Positions 25,379 through 39,300 of a stretch of 64,000 bases of DNA are shown piece by piece. Numbering within the stretch: the stretch's first letter is position 1; every line of letters begins with the position of its first letter. The position numbers were made by a program, and so were the translations under genes. This stretch comes from Cercozoa sp. M6MM (taxonomy: Eukaryota > Protista > Endomyxa: Ascetosporea). The DNA lies in assembly GCA_040357565.1 (NCBI GenBank), contig JBDODJ010000033.1. One strand, written 5' to 3'. The notes beneath the pieces were generated by a model, which was not told where the DNA came from, did no database searches, and was given only the letters and a program-made list of their open reading frames with translations.

Positions 25379-27506
25379 TACACAATGGACATAGTTAGTC
25401 AACGAATCACCTCGCCAACAGAGCCGACGTCGATGTGCGGATGTTGTGCCACAAAGGCACGTGCCACGGCGAGAGGATCCTCGTGTTTGTTGAACCCAAG
25501 GGGAACCTGCTTGTCACCCAGCTGGACTTGCACCACGTGGTCGTACTGTAGCACCACTTAGTGCGTCGATACCTCCAATACACTCAAAAACTAACAACGG
25601 TACCTCCATGCCGTCGAGCACATTGCCAGCGTTGCCACGTGACTTCCCCAAGGCACTGCCCAGGTGCTGCCACTGACCTTGCGACCATTGGTACACCTGG
25701 AGACCGCCCTGTGACGGGTCGTTGATGACACGTGTCTCACCCTCCTTCGTTCCGGCTTGTGACAGTGCTTCCACACCCGGAAATTCCGAGGCGTCGAGTG
25801 CTTCCATGCCGCCTTGTTCTGCAATTCAACAACAGGTTGGAACTAAGTCGTACTGGTCGTACACGAGGAGATTGGCACCTTTGCCAGCGTGACACGCGTC
25901 GACGATTTCGTTGAATGCAGCGATTTCCTCTGCACTGGCTGCGCACAAAATGTGGCAAGAAGGGTGTACGGGATGGGATAGACTGTTGGAAGGGAAGCGA
26001 GATACCAGCATCAGCAGTGCGGCGAGTGAAGACGCGACAGACGCCGTCAGTACAGGCCGTGACCAAGTCACCGTTGGGCAGCGTGCACATGTTGCGAACA
26101 GCGCCGGGGTGCTTGATCTCCTGCACGCACTGCCACGAGGTCGTGTCCCACACGCGCACCGTGCTGTCCTCGCCGGCACTGGCCACTGTCAACACATCCA
26201 AGTTGCAACAGGGCAAAAGGGCACAAGGGAAAAAGAAACCGAGATAAAGAGCAGGCACACATACCCAGCTGATCCGATAGGAAGACAGCGGCGTAGACGA
26301 ATGGCGGTGTGTCACCGACTGCGGCATGAGCCACGGTTTCGCCCTTGAGTTGACACGTGCGCGTGGCTGGGTTGACTTGCCACTGCACAAAGAAACGCGT
26401 GCACGGACAAGTGCGGACCGACGCAATGTTAAGCGTGAACCAGTTTAAGCGCGCCGTCGTTGGCACATGAGACGAAACAATGTGCGTCCTGCGGGTGCAC
26501 CGCGATGGCACGGATCACGTGCGCGTGCGCGTTTTTTTCCGTGTGCACGCACTTGCCTTGCTGACTGCCCACAAACACACGGAGATGTGGTACAGACACA
26601 GATGGGTATATGCAGGCACGTACTCCCACAGGTGCAGGTGCTTCTCGGAGGCAGTGACGATGAGCGCAGAGTCACCGCTGCCGACAAGGGCGACTTCGAC
26701 GCCGTACCGGTGGCCGCCCAGTGTAGCAGCAACGCGAGTGCCCGCAAACACGCGTGCCTGCAAGTTCGTTCAAGTGCAATAAAGAGAGCATACGCACGCT
26801 GAGTGAACGTACCGATCCGTCAAAGGAACCAGTCACCACGTGTTCGGAATCGATCGGAAACACTGCACATGGTTTGGCATGATATATGTATATATAGGTA
26901 CTACAAGGGACGAAGGTCACCTGAGTTGACAGCACCACCGTGCCCTTGCAGCAGGCCAAGTGACTGTGCTGTCATGGCCTTCCACACTCGCGCGTACTGG
27001 TCAGTGCCTCCTACACAAATACACACACACACACACACACACACGGCAGTACAAGAACAGGTAGATGTGTTTGTTGTTCATGTCCTACCGCTGATGAAGG
27101 TGTCTTCAGTGCCTGGCACGGCACGCAACGACAACAGCAGTTTCTGGGCACTGCAGTTTGTGCAATGATGCTTCAGATAGAAACGTAGGCGTGCAGAGCT
27201 GTACCCATGCAGACACGCCGGGAAAATGCGCTGTGCGACCCACTTGCCTTCGTCCGACTGCAAAATGGGCCTCGCTTATGCACCCTTACAGTGCTACCAG
27301 AACAAGTACCTGGATGGCACGGTAGAGATGGCCGTGCTGTTCACCGAATACAATTATCTTCCCCTCTGGATTGGCCGCCACCACACGAAGCTGCAAACAC
27401 ACACACGCACACCATGCCTGCCGACCAACTGCCAGAAAGATCGACGTACGGGACCCTCTGTAGCGAGTTGTGCGGAAAGCACAAACTCCTGAGACTGCTG
27501 AGACAT
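23460..27506 (-). CDS. DOA1: PLAA/Doa1/Ufd3 (WD40-PFU-PUL ubiquitin/Cdc48 cofactor)
   Basis: MSQQSQEFVLSAQL start. WD40 repeats (VVTGSFDG, FVSCANDG, ASAGEDSTVRVWD, LPNGDLVTACTDGVCRVFT). PFU segment VYQWSQGQWQHLG...YDHVVQVQLGDKQVPLGFNKHEDPLAVARAF. PUL end RFFWLVTVGTVV...KEVAADMTRVFGIHYET*. Confidence 0.88.
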
Positions 27507-27749
27507 TAAGCACACCTCTGCACACTGTTATTAGCAAAAAATGTCAATCTGAACAAAGCCAGTGCAGAGTGCCTTCCGTGAAAGCGAAAAACGCTACTTT
27601 CGTGATCGCGCGCGTGTGGTTGGGGTCGAGCCCCGAGCTGTGCGCTTCTAGCGTGCGGCAAAAGTTCCTCTTTTGGTTTAGGAACGAATTTTAGGCGATA
27701 ATGTTGGGCGAAAGCGCCCCCAACCCAGCGAAAACGACAGAAATCGCTG

Positions 27750-29268
27750 ATGCCAAGGAGACGACCTTCACTGACTCAGAAGTAAGCTTTTTCGCTGGAT
27801 GCTTGTTGATCTTCACTGCATCGACCTTATCTCAAAAATTTGGCACTTAGAACACGACCGCCGAGAAGGGTAATCTCAGCAACGATGGTCGGCCCGACGC
27901 GACTATAAAAGCTGACTCTGAGAAAGAAGAGGAAGTCACTGTAGCGCCTCTCATCCCAGCTGAATCCCTCACTCCGGTCGCTCTCGAACGAAACTCAGGG
28001 TTAGTCTTCATGAAACTTCACGACGTGCTTGATTTCGTTTTTCCTTGCAATGAAATACATCCGCGCACTGCTGCGCGTCTTTTCTTGTTTGGTACAGTGC
28101 TGATCTGAGTTATTTGACTATCACTCTGCAACAAGCAACGTGTGATGTTCTTGTCCAAACAGCTGAGTATGGCCCAGTCAAGAGATCGCACTGCATTTCT
28201 TCGGGTTGTTTCTGTCGGGCATGCTCTGACAAAATTCGACGTTGCAGAACAGCTTCCCTGATCGCACGACAGCTTGCCGACGAGGTGCATGTGACGTCGG
28301 GTACCACTATTTTAAGTAGTGCGCTTGGTTTGTTATGCTCTTAAAATGGAACAGGTTCCTCTGGCTTTAGCGGTGGAGAAAGTGCCGATATCGATACCTC
28401 GTCAGCAGTATCTATATCCGACGCGAAAGAAGTTCTGTGTAGTCGATGCGTTCAGCACTGCCAAGAGGTAACTTTTCCCGGATCTTTTTCGTTGTCTTGG
28501 TGCCCCTACTACTTTACCAACTGAAAGGTCACACATATCTTTGGCGGTATTCGTGGATCGAACGTTGTGGCACGACATGAACTCTCAATGCTTATCTCTT
28601 CGTTCTACAAAGATGAACTGACGACGGCGTACGGCGTGCCCATAAGCACCTCCATCGCAGAGCGAGAAGCTTTTTTCTCGAAACTGCCTCAAAAGGCACG
28701 TATTCCGCAGGACTACAATCGCGTCGAAGTGTGCAAGCTTCTGCTCCCGAAAGAGCGACGTGCGTGGCTTGACACCCTCACAGCAATTCGGAGTGGCACT
28801 CACGCGCAATCGACAACAATGTCACGCGTCGATCTGGAGAACACCTTTTGTAAACTCACATGCTACGTTGATCATGCTTGCAGTTTGGGCGCAGATGAAA
28901 ACTGCTACGGTAGGGGAAGAATTAGAACGAAACACGACGCTGGAGTTCCATGAAGTCAGTCGTCGTCTGCGCAAACATTTTGCTGCTCGCGTTCGACGAC
29001 TCAAACAACTGATCGACTCCGAGTTTGGCGTAATTTTGCACATCAACTCATGTGCTCGGGCCAAAGAGCTTTTTGTGCACAGAGTAAAACGACAAAGTAT
29101 GGCCCTCGCCTGCCTATCGTCCAGCAAACGCGCGCACAACGACTTCGGGCACTTCAAGGAGTCACGCACTTCATGGAAACGCGTCGCACAATGTCCTTGA
29201 TGCATGCACATGCCTTTCAGCTGGCACGAGGTATCGATAGCACCGGCGTCTACATGCTCCGAGAATGA
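27750..29268 (+). CDS. Hypothetical multi-exon protein
   Basis: MPRRRPSLTQK|... followed by GT-AG-bounded open exons (ELSMLISSFYKDELTTAYG..., VWAQMKTATVGEELERN..., ...GIDSTGVYMLRE*). No recognisable family. Confidence 0.5.
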
Positions 29269-29534
29269 CGAAACTTTCCGTCGAAAATCGCAACCGAGCT
29301 AACTTAAAAGAACTGTAGCTTAGTTTAGGCGCACTGCGCTGTCGTGTACGTCTGAGGTGACCTCATGATGCGACGGTTGCCGCGAATTGGTAGTGATGAG
29401 CGGTGGAATACGATGGCGTCAGCAAAGATACAAAACCTAGCCGGCGGCTCCGCCCGAAGTTCATCCGATCATTTGAATCATCCGATCACGTAACGCAACC
29501 TGCGCAATCTAGACGCCGCGTCTCGAATTTCATT

Positions 29535-30072
29535 TTAATTAACAAACTCACGCAATGGCGTCAGCGACTGCGTCCAGTGGTTTGTGTCCCCAGGCCGTTC
29601 GTTTTCGTAGCTGTCGTCCTGTGCGGCAGCCGTGGCGCGGGTGTTCTTGCCCTTCTTGCTCTTGAGCAAGTAGGAGGCTCCGGCCAGGGAGCACAGGTCG
29701 AAGCGTCGCTGCTGCGAGTCATCGTGGGCAAAGCGATGCTCGCACAGGGGCAATTCCTGGGGGTATGGAAAGTGAGACTCTGACACGTATGGTATACATG
29801 AGTAAGTACCTGACAGTAGGACAGACAGAGACACTCGGTGTGACTTGACTTGCGCTCTCTTTTCTTCTGTTTTTGAGTCTGTGCACAAAGCAGCATTCGG
29901 TACACTCTTACAATGGGCAGCACATAGATACAAACGTACCTCCTGAGGTGTCTCAGCCAAAGCTAGCAGGAGCTCGACCAGACCGCGGTACTCGTCCTTG
30001 TTCTTGTCCGACGGGCACATCGACTCCACCAAGTCGAGTTCCTCCAGGTCGCTCTTCTGTGTCACAACGAGT

Positions 30073-30120
<48 letters not shown>

Positions 30121-30130
30121 NNNNNNNNNN

Positions 30131-30182
<52 letters not shown>

Positions 30183-31308
30183 AGACACAGACACAGACAC
30201 AGACACAGACACAGACACACACAAAAGGGAAAGGAAAAGGACAAGAGTACCGCATCATCGCACTGCAGCAATGTCGCCACACGACACAGGTGTCGCCGCA
30301 ACTCTGATACACACACACACATACACACACACACATACACACACACATACACACACACACATACACATACACACACACAATAATATACATATGAAATATG
30401 AACATAAAAGCAGATTATAATACATATGTTTAAGGATATCCAAAGACTCACCGAGAAGCAGGACAGAGCGCAGTTCGCACTGCGACCGGTTGATCGGACA
30501 CTCGCGTTGCGAGATATGACTATTGACACACAAGGAGGCAGTAGAGCAGGAGGGCAAGGTAGCAGGAAAATACAGGAAAGAAGGACCCGCACGGGTGCAT
30601 GGCCAGTCGTCTGGCGTGCAACGTCAGCATGCGCAGCAACAACGTGGCGTTCTCAAGTGTCTTGTACTATTGGCAGAGAAAGTTGTGCATACACAACTAC
30701 ATACCGCGTACAGATACCGAGTAGTCCGGAACAGTATCGTCAAAGTCGAGATTTTCCCTCAGAGTGTCATCGTAGACACAGCCGACTGAGACACTCCAAG
30801 TACAAAAGGACATTCAGTCCGTACTGAATTGTACAAAGTGTACCACGTTCGGTGGCATCTCGCAGGGCACGGAACCGCCGGCACAGGTCCATAGCGGCGT
30901 ACCAGTGCACGCGCCCGTGGTTCGGGTAGCAGAAGCGCGGCGCCAGTTCTGCAGCGGATACCAGTCGTACCGTACAACGCATTAACCCCTTAGGACAAGC
31001 AGAGCAGATGAACGGGCTTGTACCTGTCTCGGCCTCGATGAGAACTGACAGCATGTGCGGTCGCAGCGAGTACATGTGCAGAAAGTTTCCGCCAAAGACC
31101 ACCGAGTCCTCCAGCGTGTACCTGTGTCGGTACATATGGACGGTCCAGTCAGCAACACACGGCAGTCAGCGACACACGTGACAGTTATGGGGACATCGGT
31201 ACACTGCGTGAGGCCAGGCGCCCGGTAGCAGCAGCGTCTGTCCGGGCAGCAGTCGCACCACCATGGGCCGGTCACGTGGGTCGCCACTGCGCACGTGTAC
31301 AAGTGTGA

Positions 31309-31359
<51 letters not shown>

Positions 31360-31369
31360 NNNNNNNNNN

Positions 31370-31417
<48 letters not shown>

Positions 31418-33958
31418 TCACAGAACCGCCACTCAATCACTCAGTCACTCAGTCACTCAGTCACTCAGTCACTCAGTCACAGAGAGGGAAGGTGTAGCGC
31501 ACGTGTTCAGTGCCTGCGTGCCCAGGAAGGTCGATGCATCGCCGAGACCTCTGGACTCCTTGTTCTGGTAGAGCGACAGGTTCCTCTGGGTTGGCTACAG
31601 AACACAAGTGACCACATAGTGATCAGGCATCCAGAGAGGAAAATTACCGGCAAGACGACGAAGAGTTTCTCGCCCGTCACGATGTGGTACCTACGTGTGA
31701 ACAGGCTCGTTCGTACACCCCTAAACTTGTGCAGCCGGTTGTACCAGACCGACGTACCGCCAAAGTCGGTGTGGAAGTCGGTGAACGATCCCTACAGGGA
31801 GGACAAAAAGAAATATACACACACAACAAATAGGAGTAAAAGACAGGGTATGGGTAGGGGAATATGAGCAGGATGCATAGGGCAGGGGGCAGGAGGCAGG
31901 GGGTAGAGGAGCGATCCACCTTGCAGGACAGCAGCGAGAACTTGGTCGAGTGAATCATGTTGTTGGCACAGTGCGCCGACTCCTGCGGCCACGCGATGTG
32001 TGACCAGTCCAGTTGTCGCACCTTTAAGTACACAAGTAGACACACACAGCATTGTGACCACTCACTTAAGGGAGACACAGGTACCAGGTCAGGCACGCGA
32101 AAGAGGTGCCGCAGATTGTGCCGCGAGAATTCGAGCGACAGCGAATTCAGCAGTCGCGAGCGCTCCTCGGGAGGCTGCACCACGCACAACACACGGGAGG
32201 GAGTAAGGGGTAAGGGTAAGGGGTAAGGGGTAAGGGGTAAGGGGTAAGGGAGGGAGGCGAGCTGTGCAACCTGCTCGAGCACGGCCACCAGGTCGCAGAA
32301 GAGCAATTTCTCGTCCAGCTGCCGCTCGACGTCGATCACACTGAGTTCGCCTTGCATACCGGCTCCACACAGGTACACATGAACGTATGGACATGGGGAC
32401 ATACGTAGGGACACTAGGACCAGTAGATACATGTGTGCTGGGCGATAAAGCGCGCGTCAATGCGGCTAAATGTGGAACGGTCGATGCACACACACGCACA
32501 CGCACAAGTGCACAACGAAAGGGAGGAGGCACCCTGGCGGCAGTTGCAAGCCGAGTCGCTCGTGCTCTCCGCACGGAAACACCATGGGACGGTCCAGTGA
32601 CTGTGTGTACACACACACGTGGCCAATGAGAGAGTGGTTTCACAGACACACATGTTTATGCACACACAAGGACTACCGTCGTGAAGAAACGCCCAGTGTT
32701 CCAGGGCTTGCTCTCGAGAGAGGCGTACAGTTCAAGGTGCTCGCGACAGAAGTCGAGGAACTTGCGCACACGTGGCATCTGTCAGTGTCACACAGAGTCA
32801 CACCGATACACATACACAGAGTCACACCGAGACAGTTTATCACTTGTCAGTTTGATCGCATGCACAGACACTGGGCCAGGTGAGGAGACGGTGGGATCAA
32901 GTGACACCTGGGTCGAGTCGAAGCGTTCGGCAGGCGGCAGCGCGAGCAGCTCGGCCACGTGCCAGTACTGATCGTTCACGGTGGCCACCAGACCGTCGGT
33001 CGCCGTCAGAGTGACGGTGTTGACCTCGTCGCTCACCGTCACTTGCTGCGCCAGGACTTCCCTCCTGTCACGTGGCAACAGCACAATGAGACAGGGGCAC
33101 AGTAGGGTCAAAAGGGATAGGGTTGGGTAAGAGGTAGGAGGGTAGGGTAGGTGTGGGTATGGTAGGAGGTACCACACGTCCCAGGCCACGATGCGGTGCA
33201 GGGCCTTCTCGTCCCACTTGAGCAGCTTGTGCAAGATCGGCTTGGACACCGCCTTGTCTGCGTAGACACAAGGGACCGTACGAGATTGAATCAGTCCGAC
33301 AGAGAGCAGAGGGTGAGAAAGCTACTCTTGACAAGCAGCTCGATCTGAGAAAACGTGTCTTGTCGCTCCACCACAATCTAAGGGACACAAACAAACTTGT
33401 ACAAATACAGACACAAACACAGACACAGACACAGACACAGAGACAGAACATACGAAATTGAACGTGAGTAGTACCTTGGCAGGGGTGTGTTTCGGTGTCC
33501 AGCACAGTGCTGTGAGAAACACTGGACGCAGCGACTGGGCCAGCTCGCTCACGCTGGCGCCTTTCTTTGTTCTGACAGCATCAATGTCAGTGCCACCTTC
33601 GTCGTCGTCGTTGTCGACTGGACTGCCTTGGAGTGGCCGGCGACGCGGTCGAATGATCGCTGGCTGCGGCGCCGACTCAGGCGCCGCCGTGCAGCTGTCG
33701 GTAGTGTCGCGCATCGAGGCCTCCAAGCGAGTCACATGCCTCTCCAGTCTGTGCCAGTGACAGGGAGCAAGCAAGCTCAGTCGGATGGAAAGAAGGGAAG
33801 GCAAAGACAAAGATAAATGAGAGAGTACAGACGACTCTTCTTGTTGGACAGCAGCGCGTGCGGCAGTGCCCGCGCGATCGCCAGGACGGTGGCGTCATTG
33901 CACAGCACGCCAGCCAGCGTCTCCTGCGACAGCGGCGACGGCAGTGCGAACAGGTAGT

Positions 33959-33960
<2 letters not shown>
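29535..33960 (-). CDS. JmjC-domain histone demethylase, KDM2/KDM7 (JHDM1/PHF8)-like; 5' end lost in gap
   Basis: VIDVERQ, LNSLSLEFS, VRQLDW...WP, GSFTDFHTDFGGTSVWY (HxD), GEKLF, PGAWPHAVYTLEDSVVFGGNFLH (distal His), RFCYPNHGRVHWYAA. The 3' end is approximate. Confidence 0.85.
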
Positions 33961-34024
<64 letters not shown>

Positions 34025-34124
34025 NNNNNNNNNNNNNNNNNNNNNNNNNNNNNNNNNNNNNNNNNNNNNNNNNNNNNNNNNNNNNNNNNNNNNNNNNNNN
34101 NNNNNNNNNNNNNNNNNNNNNNNN

Positions 34125-34610
34125 TTTTTTTGTGTCCTTGTCACTCCTGTAAATGTACTCGAAACAGCTGGCTGAGGAACTCGACTGCGGTCTCAGTGAG
34201 GTGCTTTGCCTGTCCCGTACCAAAAATTCTTTGTACGTGTATGTGTGCTTGTGTTTTTGTTTGTGCAGTTGACGCTGTCGCAGCTGCAGAACATCGACGC
34301 CCTCTTCGCAGACGACGTCGTTGACGTGTTCCAGTTCGACAAGGCTGTGGTATTCCTGTTCTTGTTGTGCTTGGACAGCTTCTCCGCTGAACGCGTTTTG
34401 TGCCCGAAACAGGACACGTACGATGCGGAAGGCGGCACTTCGCTGCGATGCGTGCAGGTACGACACTTGCTCTGTATTCTGTGTCGGTATGCTGTATGCA
34501 TGTTGTGTTGTGTGCTACTTGTGTATGGTACGTAGGTGCAACTCGATGCCATGTACGAATGGCTCAATAGCGATGCTTGTCCGTTCGCATCGACCATGTT
34601 CGATGCCTGA
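34125..34610 (+). CDS. 3' fragment of a hypothetical gene (5' part in gap)
   Basis: Short GT-AG exons LTLSQLQNIDALFADDVVDVFQFDK, DTYDAEGGTSLRCVQ and VQLDAMYEWLNSDACPFASTMFDA*. Confidence 0.4.
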
Positions 34611-34801
34611 GTTTGCTCCGCTTACGGTTAAGCTTTGTGTTGTCAGTACAGTAGTACTGTACCCATATAATTAGTTGCGTATGGTTTCGCTAATTGCTAC
34701 GCCTAAACACTACAGAACAGTCGATATCAGTGTCGATGCCCAGGGCAGACTGGGAGAGGAGGCGCAGGTAGATACGGTGCAGCGTATCTCCTCAAGAAAC
34801 A

Positions 34802-35618
34802 AGCAAAAACGAAAGCGACAAGAACGTCAGCAATGCCCGAGTTGTGGGGTGGGCAAGATTGTCAGCACGACCCATCTCAGTCTGGAGCGGCACAGTTGTA
34901 ATCCTCACTCTGATGAAATCTGCGAACTGAGCAGAAGCCGCAATCTCACGGAGAGCCAACCGATACCAGCCACTCATGGGCCAACCTCCTACCTCGTTGG
35001 CGGACTTGTCCCTTGCCCCGTTTGATCCCATCCAGACAGCACAGTATCACAGCTGTCTCTAGACTGTAAAGGTACTGTGCAAACAACATCCGGAGTGAGG
35101 CTCAACAAGTTCGTTCAAGTCCAGCTGCTGCGCCGCTCTCGGCCTTTTTAGTCTATCTGTTTGCTTTGGCGTTGGTTGTGCTTGGTTAAGCACGATGCAC
35201 TGAGTCGAAACCTGCGCACGTTCGGCCTTGGGATGGGCCTGGCCGTGTACACGCGCTGAAGAAACAACACGACGTCTCTTGTCGCGCGGCAGGCTTCATC
35301 TTCTCACGGAGCGTCGCACAACACGGCACTGCTCGCCCGACTCCAAGCGTTCTGAAACAAAAACGCTTGTAGAATACCTTTACAGTCTAGTGATAACTGT
35401 GATACTGTGCTGTACGGATGTGAGGAGGTTGGCCCATGAGTGGCTGGTTTCGGTTGGTTCCCCGTGAGATTGCGGCTTCTGCTCAGTTCACAGATTTCAT
35501 CAGAGTGAGGATTACAACTGTGCCGCTCCAGACTGAGATGGGTCGTGCTGACAATCTTGCCCACCCCACAACTCGGGCATTGCTGACGTTCTTGTCGCTT
35601 TCGTTTTTCGTTTTTGCT
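34802..35618. repeat. Long inverted repeat (arms 34802-35074 and 35375-35618; ~300-bp spacer)
   Basis: The right arm is the reverse complement of the left, with scattered substitutions and a ~35-bp insertion in the left arm. The ORF track shows the same peptide GKIVSTTHLSLERHSCNPHSDEICELSRSRNLT on both strands. Confidence 0.92.
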
Positions 35619-36328
35619 GTGAGCTGTACCACGCGCACACGCACACGCACAGAACGCAATTCAGATACCATGGGCGCGGGCTTTACAGTGTTCGTGGGCA
35701 CAGATGTTCCGAAATCTAGCGGCCAAAAACTCTAAAAATCTCAGAAACCTCGAGCTTTGTCAGTTTTTTCCGTCGTTGTGGGGTTTCGTCTTCAGTTTTG
35801 CTTTGGACCTTTCTCTTTTACCGTCCCGGCATTGACAGTTGTGGATGACAACTATCGATTCCAGAGCACACCTAGACGTTGGGCATTCCAGAGCACACAC
35901 CTAGATGTTGGGCGTATATTCCCCGGGTGCATTGTGATGTGCATGTCTTTCGTCAGTTCCCTCAACTGAGCATCAACATCAGGTTCTGCCTTTTGTGGTG
36001 TTGTGAGATGGAGAATGGTGCCCTGGTTGTCTACCCAGTAGAGCTGTCTGTGTCACTCCTTGTTCTTTTGCGTGTTTGATGCGCCGCCAGATCGCAGCTC
36101 TTTCGATGCATAAGGTGCAGGATGGGAATTGTGTATCTAATGCGCCGTATCTGAACGAAAGCACGGCAACTGAACCACTGGCAAGCAACTGAAAGTAACA
36201 TTGGTGAATTTAAGGACACATCACAAGCAACTGAACTAGAAATAATACAATGATCAAATGATGGATACGACAAGCTGAAGTCGAATTGTCGAAATTCTAA
36301 GTGTAAGGATTGGCGTCGATACGATACG

Positions 36329-39300
36329 TTATGACATGGCCAGTAGCGCGCGCAGCTCCGGCAGCGTCTCCAGAACGCTCTGGATGAAGTGCATTTGTTT
36401 GACTCCGTCACTCTCGTACAGCCACCGACACAACTCAACGCAAGCAAAAGTAAAACTGTACCTCATCGCTGCCAAGTTGCTTGCGCAGCCGCAGGTAGTA
36501 GACCAGACGACCGGCAGCCTCACCTGACAGGAACCAAAACCTCACGATGACTGGACAGGGTAAAATAGTATAATACCAATGTTCTGCGAGCGGTATCCCC
36601 ACTCGTCCCAGAAGTCGCAGTACCGCCATCGCATGCGGCCCTCCACGACATGACTGCGACAGCACATGACCCGCTTCGTATCAAGTCACAGAGCTTTTCA
36701 CAGATCATGTGTTACCGTTGCTGACCGCCGCGAAAGATGAAGGCAAAGTCAGCGTCATTCAGCGCATTGAAGCGCGGCCACGTGGTGCCACCTGAAATGC
36801 AGACGTACTATTCCGTCCGCTGATACAAACACCGTGCAATGTGACGATACCAACATCCGCGCATCGACCTTCCATCTTGCTGCGTACGCACAGACATATG
36901 CATGTCCGATATGTTGAGACGCTGGCAGGTATAATGCTCTACCAGTTGGGATTGCCGGTGGCTGCGATGTTGGCGAATGCGTCCGACATCTCCGTGGCCA
37001 GTTGTTCCTCGGCCGGCGTAAACTGAGACAGCGACAAAAATGTAACTGATTGACTGGTGCATGCAGTGGATAACGAGTAGATTCTACCTTGAGACCAGCC
37101 TTGTTTCCGGCCCGATCGAACACAAACGGCAGCTCACTCGCGTGACACACTGCATTATTTAAAAAGGAGTATGGAGGGTCACCTACACAAAAGATGACCG
37201 TTAGAACACTGATTGAAGTTACCGTGACCCTCGCAGCCATGATGCGGACTCCAAGCACCCTCGAACGACCAAACTAAGGATCACAGTCAATTCGTATTTC
37301 AAACATGAAGTGGAGTCTGAAAAAGAATAAAATTACCGTAGTCAAAGTCGTACGAGAAAACGTCACGTGCCTCGTCGTGCGCAAAGCCGCGAGCCGCTGG
37401 TGCGAAACAGTTATATCACGCGCACAAACAGGTAGGGGCGGGACCAAGTCTACCAACACGGTCGGGACAGTGGAAGATGTAGTCAGTGGCGATCAGCGCC
37501 ATCTTGTCCGAGTAGTCACAGTTGTACCAGCAATCTTCAGAATGGCGAGTAAAACAATAACAAATGCAACAAACAGAAGAATCCAAGGTATACCAATGCG
37601 GTAGTCGTCCATCTTGATTATCGCATTGTAACCCTTGAGACCAAAGGCGAACACAAGTGCTATGTTTAACATGCACAGACATAAATTTACTCAAAACACT
37701 TTCAAGACAAACAAGTGTCGATGTGCTACCAGCACGGTAAGCTGCCTGAGTCATCTTGCCTTGTCCTACTTGCAGTATGTGCTTTATAAATTGTCTTTCT
37801 ACGATGCAATGACCAGGCAACAGACCAAAAATGGCGTCGGTGAACAGCAGACCTTCCTCGCGGACGTGCCCAACAACAAAAGTCGGCACCTTGTCCTACC
37901 CAGGCAAGCCAGTATGACACAACTCAAAACCGAAAAGGTGTGGTCGTCTGGGATAAGCCTTACTGAGTCAACAAGCTGGCCTTGCTTCCAGGCTCGCAAC
38001 GGGTGCATCGGCAGTCTGAGATAGTACAGACTCTCCTTCACTCAAAGTGCATCATTTTGAGTGAAAGTACTCGTCGCCGTCAACAGTCGGCGACCACGGC
38101 ATCGGGACATGCCAACTGAACACGATTGTGCTTTTACACTACACCTTCTCCCTCTTTGGTCAGAGTGAAAGAGAGGTACAAATCGCCCTTGTCAAAGGCG
38201 CGGAGATGGTTTTGTTGTTTCTTAACGATCGTGGCGACATCGACACTCTGCAGACACTCCAGGTCAAGTCCTGCTTGGCACAGTCACGCAGATTTAAAGT
38301 TCCACATAGCATGTGATGCTGCTGACTCACCCTTCTTGTTGCATCCGAGCGAGTCGGACAGCGAGGCACCTAAAGGCACGCCAGAGAGAGCTCAAAGAAA
38401 GAACAGTTTCAAAACAGTCCAATGTGTAAATTTGACATACCAAAAGCAGCGCCGTTTTTGGCCTTGAAAAGAGGCAGGCCGGCCGGGTTGCTCATCATGA
38501 TGGCACGCTTGAACAGACCGTGCGAGCGCGGTGCAGTCAGATGGGTCGCCACTGCGCAAACTCAACGACATTATGGGGGAGGAAGTACAAATTTAGGACG
38601 GGATCCAAGCTTGTTAAAGGTTGGAGTACCAGAGGAACCTCCAGCAGATTCGCCAAAGATGGTGATTTCATCTACAAAAGCAGTTGCACACGCAGAAAGT
38701 GCGTCAACAAACAGATGATTGGACACCCTTATCACCGCCGAAGAACACAATGTTATCGCGCACCCACTTGAGCGCCCTACAGACACGGTGGATCGTAAAT
38801 TTACACATGGAGTCTCCGTGTGTTATAAAATTACAAGCGCTGATCACGAATGCCTTGGTTTCCTCTGCGTGCACACACAAAATAATACATAAAAAACATA
38901 AGAGGGATAAATCAGACAACACGACCCCCCTCGTACCGAATCAGAGGATGCTCGGTGCGTAAGAAGCCGAGTGCTCCCAGGCGGTAGTTGGTGCTCACCA
39001 ACACGACGTCTCCTCGTCGACGCACGTAGTCAGCAGCATCGTACAGGTCGCCTGCGCCGTGTCTGCAGAGGAACATCAACGGCGAATGTGTGCACGGACA
39101 ACAAGAGAGGGAGGCAAAGGATACCCTTGGTCAAAGTTGCCGCCATGAATGAAGAACATCTAAAGAAAGGCAAACGAGCATATCGACGAAAGGGCAAATG
39201 TCAGCAAAGCATACAACAGGAAGGTTGGAGGTAGACGTCGCATCGGCCGGCACAAACACGTTGAGATACAGGCAGTCTTCAGAGGTCTTGGAGGGACAGG

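Noticed and set aside
34905-34945. CTGATGA followed by a hairpin, possible hammerhead ribozyme
   Set aside because: No GAAA after stem II and no matching stems I and III.
35133-35162. CTCTCGGCCTTTT...TATCTGT resembling the U2 snRNA 5' end
   Set aside because: Lacks GGCTAAGATCA, the GTAGTA branch-pairing box and an Sm site.
35857-35913. Tandem 26-28-bp duplication (ATTCCAGAGCACACCTAGAYGTTGGGC)
   Set aside because: A simple two-copy slippage duplication with no further structure.
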